59,911 bases of DNA. It comes from an uncultured Clostridia bacterium (GTDB lineage Bacteria > Bacillota > Clostridia > TANB77 > CAG-508). The notes below the pieces were generated by a model, which did not search any database, was not told the origin of the DNA, and was given only the letters and a program-made list of their open reading frames with translations. The stretch's first letter is position 1, and the number at the start of each line of letters is the position of its first letter. The position numbers and the translations under genes are program-made. Below are positions 41,602-49,274 of this stretch, piece by piece. Where the stretch lies: the NCBI GenBank assembly GCA_947581895.1, contig CANPWE010000005.1:1-59911 (forward strand). Reading direction: 5' to 3'.

Positions 41602-41670
41602 AAAAAAAAGATATGTGTTCTCCTCACATATCTAGTGTCGTTACTATAAACGGTTACTTTACTTAAGCTA
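41602..41670 (-). ncRNA. Candidate small RNA of about 65-70 nt (own promoter plus terminator, no ORF)
   Basis: A minus-strand promoter (41676..41704) is followed about 35 nt later by a 9 bp hairpin (41609..41633) and an 8 nt U-run. There is no RBS or ORF. Confidence 0.35.
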
Positions 41671-41675
41671 TTATC

Positions 41676-41704
41676 AGTATAGCATTCTTTTTTACATTTG
41701 TCAA
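41676..41704 (-). promoter_or_regulatory. SigmaA-type promoter of the candidate sRNA
   Basis: On the minus strand: TTGACA (41704..41699), 17 nt spacer, TATACT (41681..41676). Confidence 0.45.
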
Positions 41705-41733
41705 ACAATTTGCAAAAATTTTTATTTAAAAGT

Positions 41734-41762
41734 TTGACGCTGTTTAAGTAAAATAGTATAAT
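41734..41762 (+). promoter_or_regulatory. SigmaA-type promoter, divergent from the sRNA candidate
   Basis: TTGACG, 17 nt spacer, TATAAT, about 155 nt upstream of ORF 41919. Confidence 0.5.
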
Positions 41763-41918
41763 TTGTATGTAAACAATTTAATAATAAATATATTTCTCTG
41801 CAAATAAGCTATAAGAAAAATTTTTTGGAAAACATAAAAAATTAAAATTGAAAATAGTAATTTTGTGTATGTAATTATTAAGAAATATAATAATTAAAAA
41901 TATAAGGAGTGAAAAGTA

Positions 41919-42206
41919 ATGGATATAATTGTTGAAATATTTACAGATTTTATTGAAACAATTTTTGTTGAAAATTCAGAAAAAATAGTAAAAGATAAAA
42001 AAATTAGTAAATTTATTAGATATCCAGTAATTCTTATAATATTATTGTCATGTGGATTACTAACATTAGGTCCAATTATATTAGGAATATTATTATTTAA
42101 ACAAAATATAATAGGAGCTACAATAAGTATTTTAATTGGAACTATTTTCTCAGTATATATATTCTATAAAATAAAAAAAGTTATTAATAAACAGAGAAAA
42201 AATTAA
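41919..42206 (+). CDS. Hypothetical 95 aa two-TM membrane protein
   Basis: AAGGAG RBS, two hydrophobic helices, basic C-terminus. I recognise no family. Confidence 0.5.
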   Translation: MDIIVEIFTDFIETIFVENSEKIVKDKKISKFIRYPVILIILLSCGLLTLGPIILGILLFKQNIIGATISILIGTIFSVYIFYKIKKVINKQRKN

Positions 42207-42226
42207 TAATCATTAATGAAAATAAT

Positions 42227-42260
42227 AAAACATTGCTATTAATATAATAGCAATGTTTTT
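42227..42260. terminator. Bidirectional terminator between convergent genes
   Basis: 14 bp stem aaaacattgctatt/aatagcaatgtttt. Confidence 0.7.
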
Positions 42261-42290
42261 GAGTACCATAATTTATTCCTCATATGAAGA

Positions 42291-43109
42291 TTAATTACCA
42301 GTATCATAATTGTCAATCAATTCAACAATTTGTGCAATTGTTTCAAATGATTCAGTGAGCTTTGGTAAGAGCAGTTCAATCTGTTCACCAGTATGCTGAA
42401 TGCTAAAACCAGTGGAGTAATTGCCTGATACAGACATATTCTTCAAAATCTCGGAATAGATTTGGTCAAGATGGTGAATGTCTTTTGAAGAAAATGTAAA
42501 TTTGTAGTGTAAATCTAATACACTAATCGAAAAAACTGCTTTATAGCTTACATTTTGGGTAAATGCTTCCCTAATTTCAACATAGCATTTTCTTTCAAGT
42601 CTGGCAACATAGCTTTGAGATACATTAATCTTTTTAGCAATATAGTGCTGTGCTTTATTTGCCATGCGGTAAAGAACGGTTAATTTCTTCTTGTAATCCA
42701 AATAATTTAATACAATATTAAATACTTGAACAAAGATGTCATTATTCTCGATTGTCCGTATAAACTCGTCAGAATATGGTTGTTCAATGATGTCCATCAA
42801 TGTTTTTGTTTCATCACTTTTAGAGTCCTGTGTGATGGGAGAATATAATGAAATATCTTGGGTATGTTTAGATACCTTGCGATAATACATTAAAATCTCA
42901 TTTTTTATGCATTGACCAGCATATGTTGAAAATGCATAATTTTTGTCAGAATCAAATGTCATTACAGCTTTCATTAAGCCAATCGTTCCTATAGAAATGA
43001 TATCATCATATTCCACAGAACAATGCCTTGCTCCTAACCGGTTCGCAATGTGATGAACAAGGTTCTGATTTTTTACAACAAGTTCCTGTTGTTTTGCAGT
43101 AAGCCCCAT
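42291..43109 (-). CDS. Sigma-70 family sigma factor (SigF/G/E/K-like regions 2 and 4) with an extra C-terminal domain of about 85 aa
   Basis: Region 2: DDIISIGTIGLMKAVMTFD...FSTYAGQCIKNEILMYYRK. Region 4 HTH: HYIAKKINVSQSYVARLERK. The tail after region 4 is unmatched. G+C is visibly higher than in the neighbouring genes. Confidence 0.8.
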   Translation of the reverse strand: MGLTAKQQELVVKNQNLVHHIANRLGARHCSVEYDDIISIGTIGLMKAVMTFDSDKNYAFSTYAGQCIKNEILMYYRKVSKHTQDISLYSPITQDSKSDETKTLMDIIEQPYSDEFIRTIENNDIFVQVFNIVLNYLDYKKKLTVLYRMANKAQHYIAKKINVSQSYVARLERKCYVEIREAFTQNVSYKAVFSISVLDLHYKFTFSSKDIHHLDQIYSEILKNMSVSGNYSTGFSIQHTGEQIELLLPKLTESFETIAQIVELIDNYDTGN

Positions 43110-43390
43110 AGCTTAAATGCTCCTTTCATTTTTTAGAGTAATTGATGAATTAAAAGTTGATAATATGAATTAAAGTACCCCCAATCAAATATAATTTTAG
43201 TATGAAACTAATATTATTATTTTACCATATTATTGCACAAAATTCAATATTAGATTTCGGTATTTGCAAACTGGGCATACGAAAAAATTATAGAACAAAT
43301 AATTGATAATTATTTTCCCCTATGTTATTATAAAACCACAAAAATAACAAATGCAATAAAAACTAATTTATAATTATATAGGGGGTTAAA

Positions 43391-44281
43391 ATGGGACTAA
43401 AACTAAGAAATGTATCTAAAACATTTGCAGGAAAAAAAGCAGTTGATAATATTTCACTAGAAATAAACACACCTGGTGTATATGGTTTATTAGGATCAAA
43501 TGGTGCAGGAAAAAGTACTACCATCAGAATGATATTAGGAATTTTAAAAAAAGATGAAGGTGAGATTTCATGGAATGGAAAACAGGTAAACAGAAAAAGT
43601 GTTAATTTTGGATATTTGCCAGAAGAAAGAGGAATATATCCAAAAACTAAAGTGTTTGATCAATTGATGTATTTTGCAGAATTAAAAGGAATGAATAAAA
43701 ATGATGCCAAAGAATCAATAGAAAAATGGGCAAAAAAATTAAAAGTAGAAGAATACTTAAATATGACAGCTGAAAAACTTTCAAAGGGAAACCAGCAAAA
43801 AATTCAATTTATGACAGCAATAATTCATAATCCAGAATTGATTATATTAGATGAGCCATTTAGTGGTTTAGACCCAGTAAATTCAGAAATATTAAAAAAT
43901 ATAATAATAGAATTAGTAGAAAGTGGAAAATATGTTATAATGTCATCTCATCAAATGGTTACTATTGAAGAATTTTGTAGTAATATATTAATTTTAAAAG
44001 AAGGAAAAACAATTTTGCAGGGAAATTTAAAAGAAATTAAGGATTCATATCCTGCAAACAGAGTAGAAATACATGTTAATCAAAATATTGACAATTATAT
44101 TAAAGAATATGGTTTAGAAAATATAAATGAAAAAAATAATGAATATATTATAAAAATAACTGAAGAAGGAACTGCTCATAAACTATTAAATAAATTAATA
44201 TTAGATGGAGTAAAGGTAAGTAAATTCGAAATTATGAAACCTACTTTAAATGATATATTTATAGAAAAGGTAGGTGAGTAA
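43391..44281 (+). CDS. ABC transporter ATP-binding protein (ABC-2/NatA-YhaQ type)
   Basis: Walker A GSNGAGKST, LSKGNQQK signature, ILDEPFSGLD, C-terminal extension typical of the NatA-like family. Confidence 0.9.
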   Translation: MGLKLRNVSKTFAGKKAVDNISLEINTPGVYGLLGSNGAGKSTTIRMILGILKKDEGEISWNGKQVNRKSVNFGYLPEERGIYPKTKVFDQLMYFAELKGMNKNDAKESIEKWAKKLKVEEYLNMTAEKLSKGNQQKIQFMTAIIHNPELIILDEPFSGLDPVNSEILKNIIIELVESGKYVIMSSHQMVTIEEFCSNILILKEGKTILQGNLKEIKDSYPANRVEIHVNQNIDNYIKEYGLENINEKNNEYIIKITEEGTAHKLLNKLILDGVKVSKFEIMKPTLNDIFIEKVGE

Positions 44282-44284
44282 AAT

Positions 44285-45511
44285 ATGAAAGAAACAATAA
44301 CAGTAATGAAATTTACAATAAGTGAAATGATTAAAAGAAAATCATTTGTAATATCTACTTTAATTATTTTAGTATTAATAGTATTAGGTTTTAATGTACC
44401 TAATATGGTAAAAAATATAAAAGGTGAAGATAGTGGTGATAAAATATTAATAGTTGATAATCAAAATATTTTTGAGGGAAAGCTAGAAAATTTAAAAGAT
44501 ATGGGGTTTGAATATGATATTGAAATAGGACAAGAAAATTATGAACAAATAAAACAAAAAATAGAAGAAAACCAAATAGATTCAGCTATTATTATAGAAT
44601 CAAATAATAATAATTATAAAATTAGATATATTGTAGAAAGTAAAACAATGATGGATGGTGTGCCAGAAGATATAGTAAATAGTATTAATACATTATATTC
44701 TAATATTCAAATTGGAAAACTAGGGTTAACAGAAGCAGAACTACAATCTATAACTCCAAATTTTGAATTTAGTTTAGAACAAACAGATGAAGAAGAAGTA
44801 AAGGGAAATGTACTTGTAATGATGATAATGTCAATTGTATTTTTTTATGCAATATATTTTTGTGCTTATCAGGTTTCAAGTTCAATAACAACAGAAAAAA
44901 CATCAAGAATAATGGAAACATTAGTTACTTCTACAAGTCCTAAAACTATTATATGGGGTAAAACCCTTGGAATAGGGCTAGTAGGTTTAGTTCAGATGAT
45001 ATTGATAATAGGAACAGCATTATTTAGTGCAAAAATGTTTTTAGATGAACAACTGATAAATTCTGTACTAGATATGTCTAATATTACAATTTCATTAGGT
45101 ATAATAACCATAATTTATTTTGTTTTAGGATATTTGGCATATTCATTACTATATGCTTTAACTGGTTCAACAGTAAGCAAACCAGAAGATATTAATTCAG
45201 CAAATGCTCCAATTGCAATTTTATCTGTAGTAGGATTTTATTTATCATATTTCACAATGATAAATCCAACAAGTCAATTAAATGTTTATGCATCATTATT
45301 ACCAATTTCTTCACCATTTTGTATGCCATTTAGAGTAATGATGGGATTAGCAAGTACAAAAGATATTATTATGTCTATTTTAATTTTAATTATTACAATA
45401 TTGATAATTGCAAAAATTGCTATAAAAATATATTCATCAGCAATTTTAAATTATGGAACAAAGTTAAGTTTTAAAAATCTTTTTGGTATATTTAAAGATA
45501 AGAAGAACTAA
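44285..45511 (+). CDS. ABC-2 family transporter permease (NatB/YhaP-like)
   Basis: N-terminal TM, a large extracytoplasmic loop, then 5 C-terminal TM helices. Translationally coupled to the ATPase gene. Confidence 0.8.
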   Translation: MKETITVMKFTISEMIKRKSFVISTLIILVLIVLGFNVPNMVKNIKGEDSGDKILIVDNQNIFEGKLENLKDMGFEYDIEIGQENYEQIKQKIEENQIDSAIIIESNNNNYKIRYIVESKTMMDGVPEDIVNSINTLYSNIQIGKLGLTEAELQSITPNFEFSLEQTDEEEVKGNVLVMMIMSIVFFYAIYFCAYQVSSSITTEKTSRIMETLVTSTSPKTIIWGKTLGIGLVGLVQMILIIGTALFSAKMFLDEQLINSVLDMSNITISLGIITIIYFVLGYLAYSLLYALTGSTVSKPEDINSANAPIAILSVVGFYLSYFTMINPTSQLNVYASLLPISSPFCMPFRVMMGLASTKDIIMSILILIITILIIAKIAIKIYSSAILNYGTKLSFKNLFGIFKDKKN

Positions 45512-45546
45512 ATTATATAAAAATAATAGTGGTTATAAATATGATA

Positions 45547-45578
45547 AAAAGGATGAATAGTGTTTTATTCATCCTTTT
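45547..45578. terminator. Bidirectional terminator between the ABC permease and kinase genes
   Basis: 13 bp stem aaaaggatgaata/tattcatcctttt, overlapping the kinase stop codon. Confidence 0.7.
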
Positions 45579-47041
45579 ATAATAATATTCCTTTTTGAAT
45601 TATTTATGTTATTAATATTTTCATATCTGTCAGAAATAATAATATATTCTTGTTTATTATCAAATTTGATTTCAATAGATTTGGTATAATTGTTATGTGT
45701 AATTTCATTAATAATTAAACTTGCATTACAAGAATTTATAGTTTCAAAGGTAGTTATAAATCCAATTCCAGTACCACCTTCACTTTCATGTGTAGAAGCG
45801 GGTTTTAATCCAAGATTTAATAATGTATCAATTTCAAAAGGTATACCACTATCAAAAACACATAATTCATATGATTCATCTTTTATTCCAAATACTACCA
45901 TAATACTTTTATAAGTATTTGAACTATGGTTTATGGCAATAATTGCATTTCTAATTAAATCACCAAGTAATGTTTCTAATTGATTTTGGGGGATTAAGTT
46001 ATTTATCATATGTTGTATATTGCAATCTATTTTTAAGATGAATTCAATATTATTTTTAGTACATTCTGATTGCATATAAGATAACATATCATCTATTTCA
46101 ATAATATTTGTTTTTGTAAGTTTTGGTTGAGTATAGGTTTTAGCAGAATATTCATCTGATAGTTTATTTATTCTATCTAAAAGATTTCCATAATCTTCAC
46201 CAAATTCAGTATTAAATGATGAAGAAGTTTGTTTTATTAAATCATCTAGCTTTTTTCTTAATGCTTCTTGTCTGTGATAAAATTCATGGTTTGATTTTAT
46301 GAGTTTTTGTTTTTCTTCAAGAGCTGTTTGTAGTTTTTGTTTGGTGTCTTGTAATTCTTGTTCGCAGTCTTTTAGGGTGTTATATATAAGTTTTTGCTTT
46401 TGGTATAGGATAAAGATTCTTCTAATGATAGGAATAAGTATTATAGAAGAACATACTAAAGATATAAAAATTATATCACGTGATAAAATCTTATAATTTC
46501 CAAGTAAAAAGCAAGTAATAATAACTATAAAACTAGCTATAAGTATAAATAAATCAAAGTAATTATTATAATCTTTATTATTCAAAAATGGAAAACCATT
46601 TTTAAACCTTTTAATTCTAAAAAAATAGTGTACTGTAATAAATTGCAGTATAGATATTAATAGAAGTAGGATAGTGTTATTAAATGTATCAAAATTAAAA
46701 ATAAGAAAAATTATTGTCCATATTAAAGTTGAAATTAATAAAGTAATATAAGATAATGAAGCCGAGATTATAGTTATTATTAAGCATGAACTAAACTTAT
46801 AATGAGTAAGTAGAGTAAAGAATATACTATATAAAACAAATACACTAATCCATAGTGTAAATCCAGGAAAAATTTTTTTGAAGCATGTCACCATTATAGA
46901 TACTAGAATTGAAAAAGTGAAAATAAATAAATTCTTCAATAAATTACAGCTTTTTAATTGAGTTACTTTTATGTATATATAACTAAGTGATAAGGTAATT
47001 CCAAAAGTTTTTATAAATGTATTAATAAATATTGAATTCAT
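45569..47041 (-). CDS. Polytopic sensor histidine kinase with GHKL ATPase domain (AgrC/ComD-like architecture)
   Basis: About 6-7 TM helices in the first ~225 aa, a coiled linker, a candidate H-box SNHEFYHRQ, N-box LGDLIRNAI, and G-boxes FDSGIPF and GGTGIGF. AAAGGAGG RBS before the ATG at 47041. The track's longer form translates through that RBS. Confidence 0.8.
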   Translation of the reverse strand: MNSIFINTFIKTFGITLSLSYIYIKVTQLKSCNLLKNLFIFTFSILVSIMVTCFKKIFPGFTLWISVFVLYSIFFTLLTHYKFSSCLIITIISASLSYITLLISTLIWTIIFLIFNFDTFNNTILLLLISILQFITVHYFFRIKRFKNGFPFLNNKDYNNYFDLFILIASFIVIITCFLLGNYKILSRDIIFISLVCSSIILIPIIRRIFILYQKQKLIYNTLKDCEQELQDTKQKLQTALEEKQKLIKSNHEFYHRQEALRKKLDDLIKQTSSSFNTEFGEDYGNLLDRINKLSDEYSAKTYTQPKLTKTNIIEIDDMLSYMQSECTKNNIEFILKIDCNIQHMINNLIPQNQLETLLGDLIRNAIIAINHSSNTYKSIMVVFGIKDESYELCVFDSGIPFEIDTLLNLGLKPASTHESEGGTGIGFITTFETINSCNASLIINEITHNNYTKSIEIKFDNKQEYIIISDRYENINNINNSKRNIIIKG

Positions 47042-47080
47042 ATGTCCTCCTTTATTATAAATTTGTATAATTATATAATA

Positions 47081-47129
47081 AAAACAAAAAGTAATCAACC
47101 ATTACTTTAATTTGAAAGTAATAGTTGAT
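47081..47129 (-). terminator. Hairpin terminator/attenuator between the micro-ORF and the kinase gene
   Basis: On the minus strand: 15 bp stem ATCAACTATTACTTT/AAAGTAATGGTTGAT (one G-U pair) followed by TACTTTTTGTTTTT. Confidence 0.7.
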
Positions 47130-47155
47130 TTTTAAATGTGTGTAAACCAATGATA

Positions 47156-47209
47156 TTATAGTCCCATTACCCATGCAACAGTTTCAACAAGTTTATCCCA
47201 CCAAGACAT
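47156..47209 (-). CDS. Unannotated 17-codon ORF MSWWDKLVETVAWVMGL (candidate signalling, amphipathic or leader peptide)
   Basis: AAAAGGAG RBS (47218..47225) 8 nt before the ATG at 47209; TAA stop at 47156..47158. It sits just upstream of the kinase on the same strand. Too short for the ORF track. Confidence 0.5.
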   Translation of the reverse strand: MSWWDKLVETVAWVMGL

Positions 47210-47233
47210 ACAAATCACTCCTTTTATAGTATT

Positions 47234-47250
47234 TGCACAAACCTTGTGCA
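47234..47250. promoter_or_regulatory. Palindromic candidate operator upstream of the micro-ORF
   Basis: TGCACAA-acc-TTGTGCA, perfect 7 bp half-sites, 25-40 nt upstream of the micro-ORF start codon. Confidence 0.4.
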
Positions 47251-47339
47251 TATAAAAAGGATATCATCGTGATAGCCCAAAATAGCTGAAATGAGAGATT
47301 ACAAAACAAATGCAAAAGCTACAAAAAAATAATAAAATA

Positions 47340-47366
47340 TGACAAAATGTGACAAAATATGACAAA
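47340..47366. promoter_or_regulatory. Three direct TGACAAA repeats at exact 10 bp spacing (0A-box-like)
   Basis: TGACAAA at 47340, 47350 and 47360. This is one mismatch from the Spo0A-box consensus TGNCGAA. Looser T[GA]NCAAAA repeats continue from 47300. Confidence 0.45.
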
Positions 47367-47439
47367 CAAAAAATAATAGAATAAATAGACGTAATTACAT
47401 ATATAGGATTAAATGCATGTAACTAAATATCAGGTTATA

Positions 47440-47690
47440 GAAATAGAAAATATAAAAAGGTATAAATAAAGATGTAAAAAACAAAGAATATAAAAATATA
47501 AACATATAAGAAAATAAAGATATAAGAATATAAGAATATAAAAATATAAATATATAAGAAAATAAAAATATAATAATATAAAGATACAAGAAAATAAAAG
47601 TATAAGAATATCAAGATATGAAAATATGAAAAAATAAAGATATAAGAAAAGAAAAATATGAGAATATAAGAATATATAAATATCAAAAAA
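47440..47690. repeat. About 250 bp degenerate, nearly C-free (plus strand) A/T-rich repeat tract
   Basis: Iterations of ATATAAGAA/AATAAAGA-like units. Only about 5 C residues on the plus strand. It gives rise to the artefactual IFLYSY... ORFs in the track. Confidence 0.6.
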
Positions 47691-47710
47691 AGCACTTTAC
47701 TTAAGTGCTT
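47685..47710 (-). terminator. Rho-independent terminator of the response regulator gene
   Basis: On the minus strand: stem AAGCACTT/AAGTGCTT, with the stop codon straddling the stem-loop junction, followed by a 6-7 nt T-run. Confidence 0.7.
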
Positions 47711-48497
47711 TCTTAATCTTATTCGCATAATAATAAACAAACTCAGTAGGTGTAGGAACACCAGTTTCATAATTAATCTTAGCTGTATAATAAGTTTCTA
47801 AATCCTCCAAACTTGAAAATCTCCAAGCATGTAAAATAGCATTTTGCATATTTCTACTAATAGTACTACTAGCACGCTTATATTTATTTATCAAATATTG
47901 AACAACACTAATCTTTTCACCACCATTTTCATTAGTAATTAAATAATAAATTGCATCATGTAAATATGTTCTACCTTTTAAATGTAATCCAATACCAATT
48001 AAATCTAGCTCCTCATTAATCATATTAGAAATCTTTTCTTCATTTTCTTCAGTATCTTCAACAACAATATTACCAGTAAAAGAAGTATCTTCACTATACC
48101 CACTAATCAATACCAAAGTATTAATCACATTTTCAACACTATAATTTTTCTGTTTTTTATAAAAAATTAAATCAACACCTTTATCATGTAAATAATCATA
48201 AATAGTATTTGATGAAACAACAGTATTAACAACTAATTTAGGCTTTTTAGCAAACCTCATCTTTTGTAAAGTTTCTATTAAACCAAAGGTATTTGAATTA
48301 CCAGTACCATTGTGTAATTCAATATCTAAAATTACAGCATCTGGTAAATTAGTTTTTATTAATTTTAGAGCCTCAATATCAGAATCTGTTATTGCTACAA
48401 GATTTACATCATTTCTAGTTTTTATATATTTTTCAAACTTTAAACATTCAGATTTATCATCTTCAACTAATAGTACATTAAGAATTTTATTACTCAT
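47697..48497 (-). CDS. Response regulator with a Spo0A-type C-terminal DNA-binding domain (Spo0A paralogue)
   Basis: Receiver domain: LLVEDD, ILDIEL. The C-terminal domain aligns with Spo0A motifs: LIGIGLHLKGRTYLHDAI, ASSTISRNMQNAILHAW, VPTPTEFVYYYANKI. Confidence 0.85.
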   Translation of the reverse strand: MSNKILNVLLVEDDKSECLKFEKYIKTRNDVNLVAITDSDIEALKLIKTNLPDAVILDIELHNGTGNSNTFGLIETLQKMRFAKKPKLVVNTVVSSNTIYDYLHDKGVDLIFYKKQKNYSVENVINTLVLISGYSEDTSFTGNIVVEDTEENEEKISNMINEELDLIGIGLHLKGRTYLHDAIYYLITNENGGEKISVVQYLINKYKRASSTISRNMQNAILHAWRFSSLEDLETYYTAKINYETGVPTPTEFVYYYANKIKKALK

Positions 48498-48707
48498 TTT
48501 ACCATCATTCCTTCCTAAACTTCATCTAATCTATTTTCAAAATCATAATAACATATTCATTTGCAGAATTCTACAAAATTTTTGCATTAATTATCAAATT
48601 TTATCAATAGCAAGTATAGTAGAATTAATATTAATTAATCAGGTTATATAATATGGTATATAAAAGTAAAAATATAAATTCAACCAAAGAAAGGAAAGGA
48701 ATTTTAA

Positions 48708-49073
48708 ATGAGTAAAAATATAGAATTAATGGAACAAATTGGGGAAAGAATTAGAAATATTAGAAATGAACTAAAAATGAATAAAGAGTCTTTAGCTAGA
48801 GCTTTGGGTGTTACAGGTCAATTTTTAGGTGTTGTAGAAAGTGGAAGAAGTAATATTTCATATGATAAATTAAAAAAACTGTGTGATATTAGTGGATATT
48901 CTGCTGATTATATTTTATTTGGTAGAAATAATGAGATTATTTCTGAAACTAAAAAAGGTTTAGAGGAATTTTCTAATGAGCAAATTCAAGATGCATGTGA
49001 AATAATTAGTAAAATTGCAGTTTTTATGAAAAACAATAAAGAAAGTTTTGAAAATGATGAACAGCAGAATTAG
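48708..49073 (+). CDS. XRE-family helix-turn-helix transcriptional regulator
   Basis: IGERIRNIRNELKMNKESLARALGVTGQFLGVVESGRSNISYDKLKKLCDISGYSADYILFG. Divergent from the response regulator gene. Confidence 0.8.
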   Translation: MSKNIELMEQIGERIRNIRNELKMNKESLARALGVTGQFLGVVESGRSNISYDKLKKLCDISGYSADYILFGRNNEIISETKKGLEEFSNEQIQDACEIISKIAVFMKNNKESFENDEQQN

Positions 49074-49203
49074 AAATCTTTTTCCATAATATGAAATTAT
49101 AAAAATTTAAAATGATAAAAAAAATCTTTTGATTTTGATAAAAATATAAAAAATAAAAAAATATATAAATGAATACAATATTTACAAAATGAAAATACTA
49201 TAT

Positions 49204-49232
49204 TTGACATAAAACCATTATTTTGGTAATAT
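49204..49232 (+). promoter_or_regulatory. SigmaA-type promoter
   Basis: TTGACA, 17 nt spacer, TAATAT, upstream of ORF 49275. Confidence 0.55.
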
Positions 49233-49274
49233 ATGTATAAAAATACAAAAGTACCAAAATAAGGAGTAATAGAA

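Noticed and set aside
45569-47098. N-terminally extended forms given by the ORF track (kinase from 47098, ATPase from 21517, trmB from 35620, DUF4364 from 35654, recN from 3099, lysS from 4876, and others)
   Set aside because: The extensions translate through the genes' own Shine-Dalgarno or promoter sequences (for example ...NKGGH-M in the kinase). Orthologue N-termini match the internal starts I report.
47395-47770. Minus-strand ORFs of 64 and 111 aa (IFLYSYIFIF... type) from the ORF track
   Set aside because: They are translations of the C-free A/T repeat tract. They have no RBS, extreme low complexity, and the longer one runs into the response regulator's 3' end and terminator. They are artefacts.
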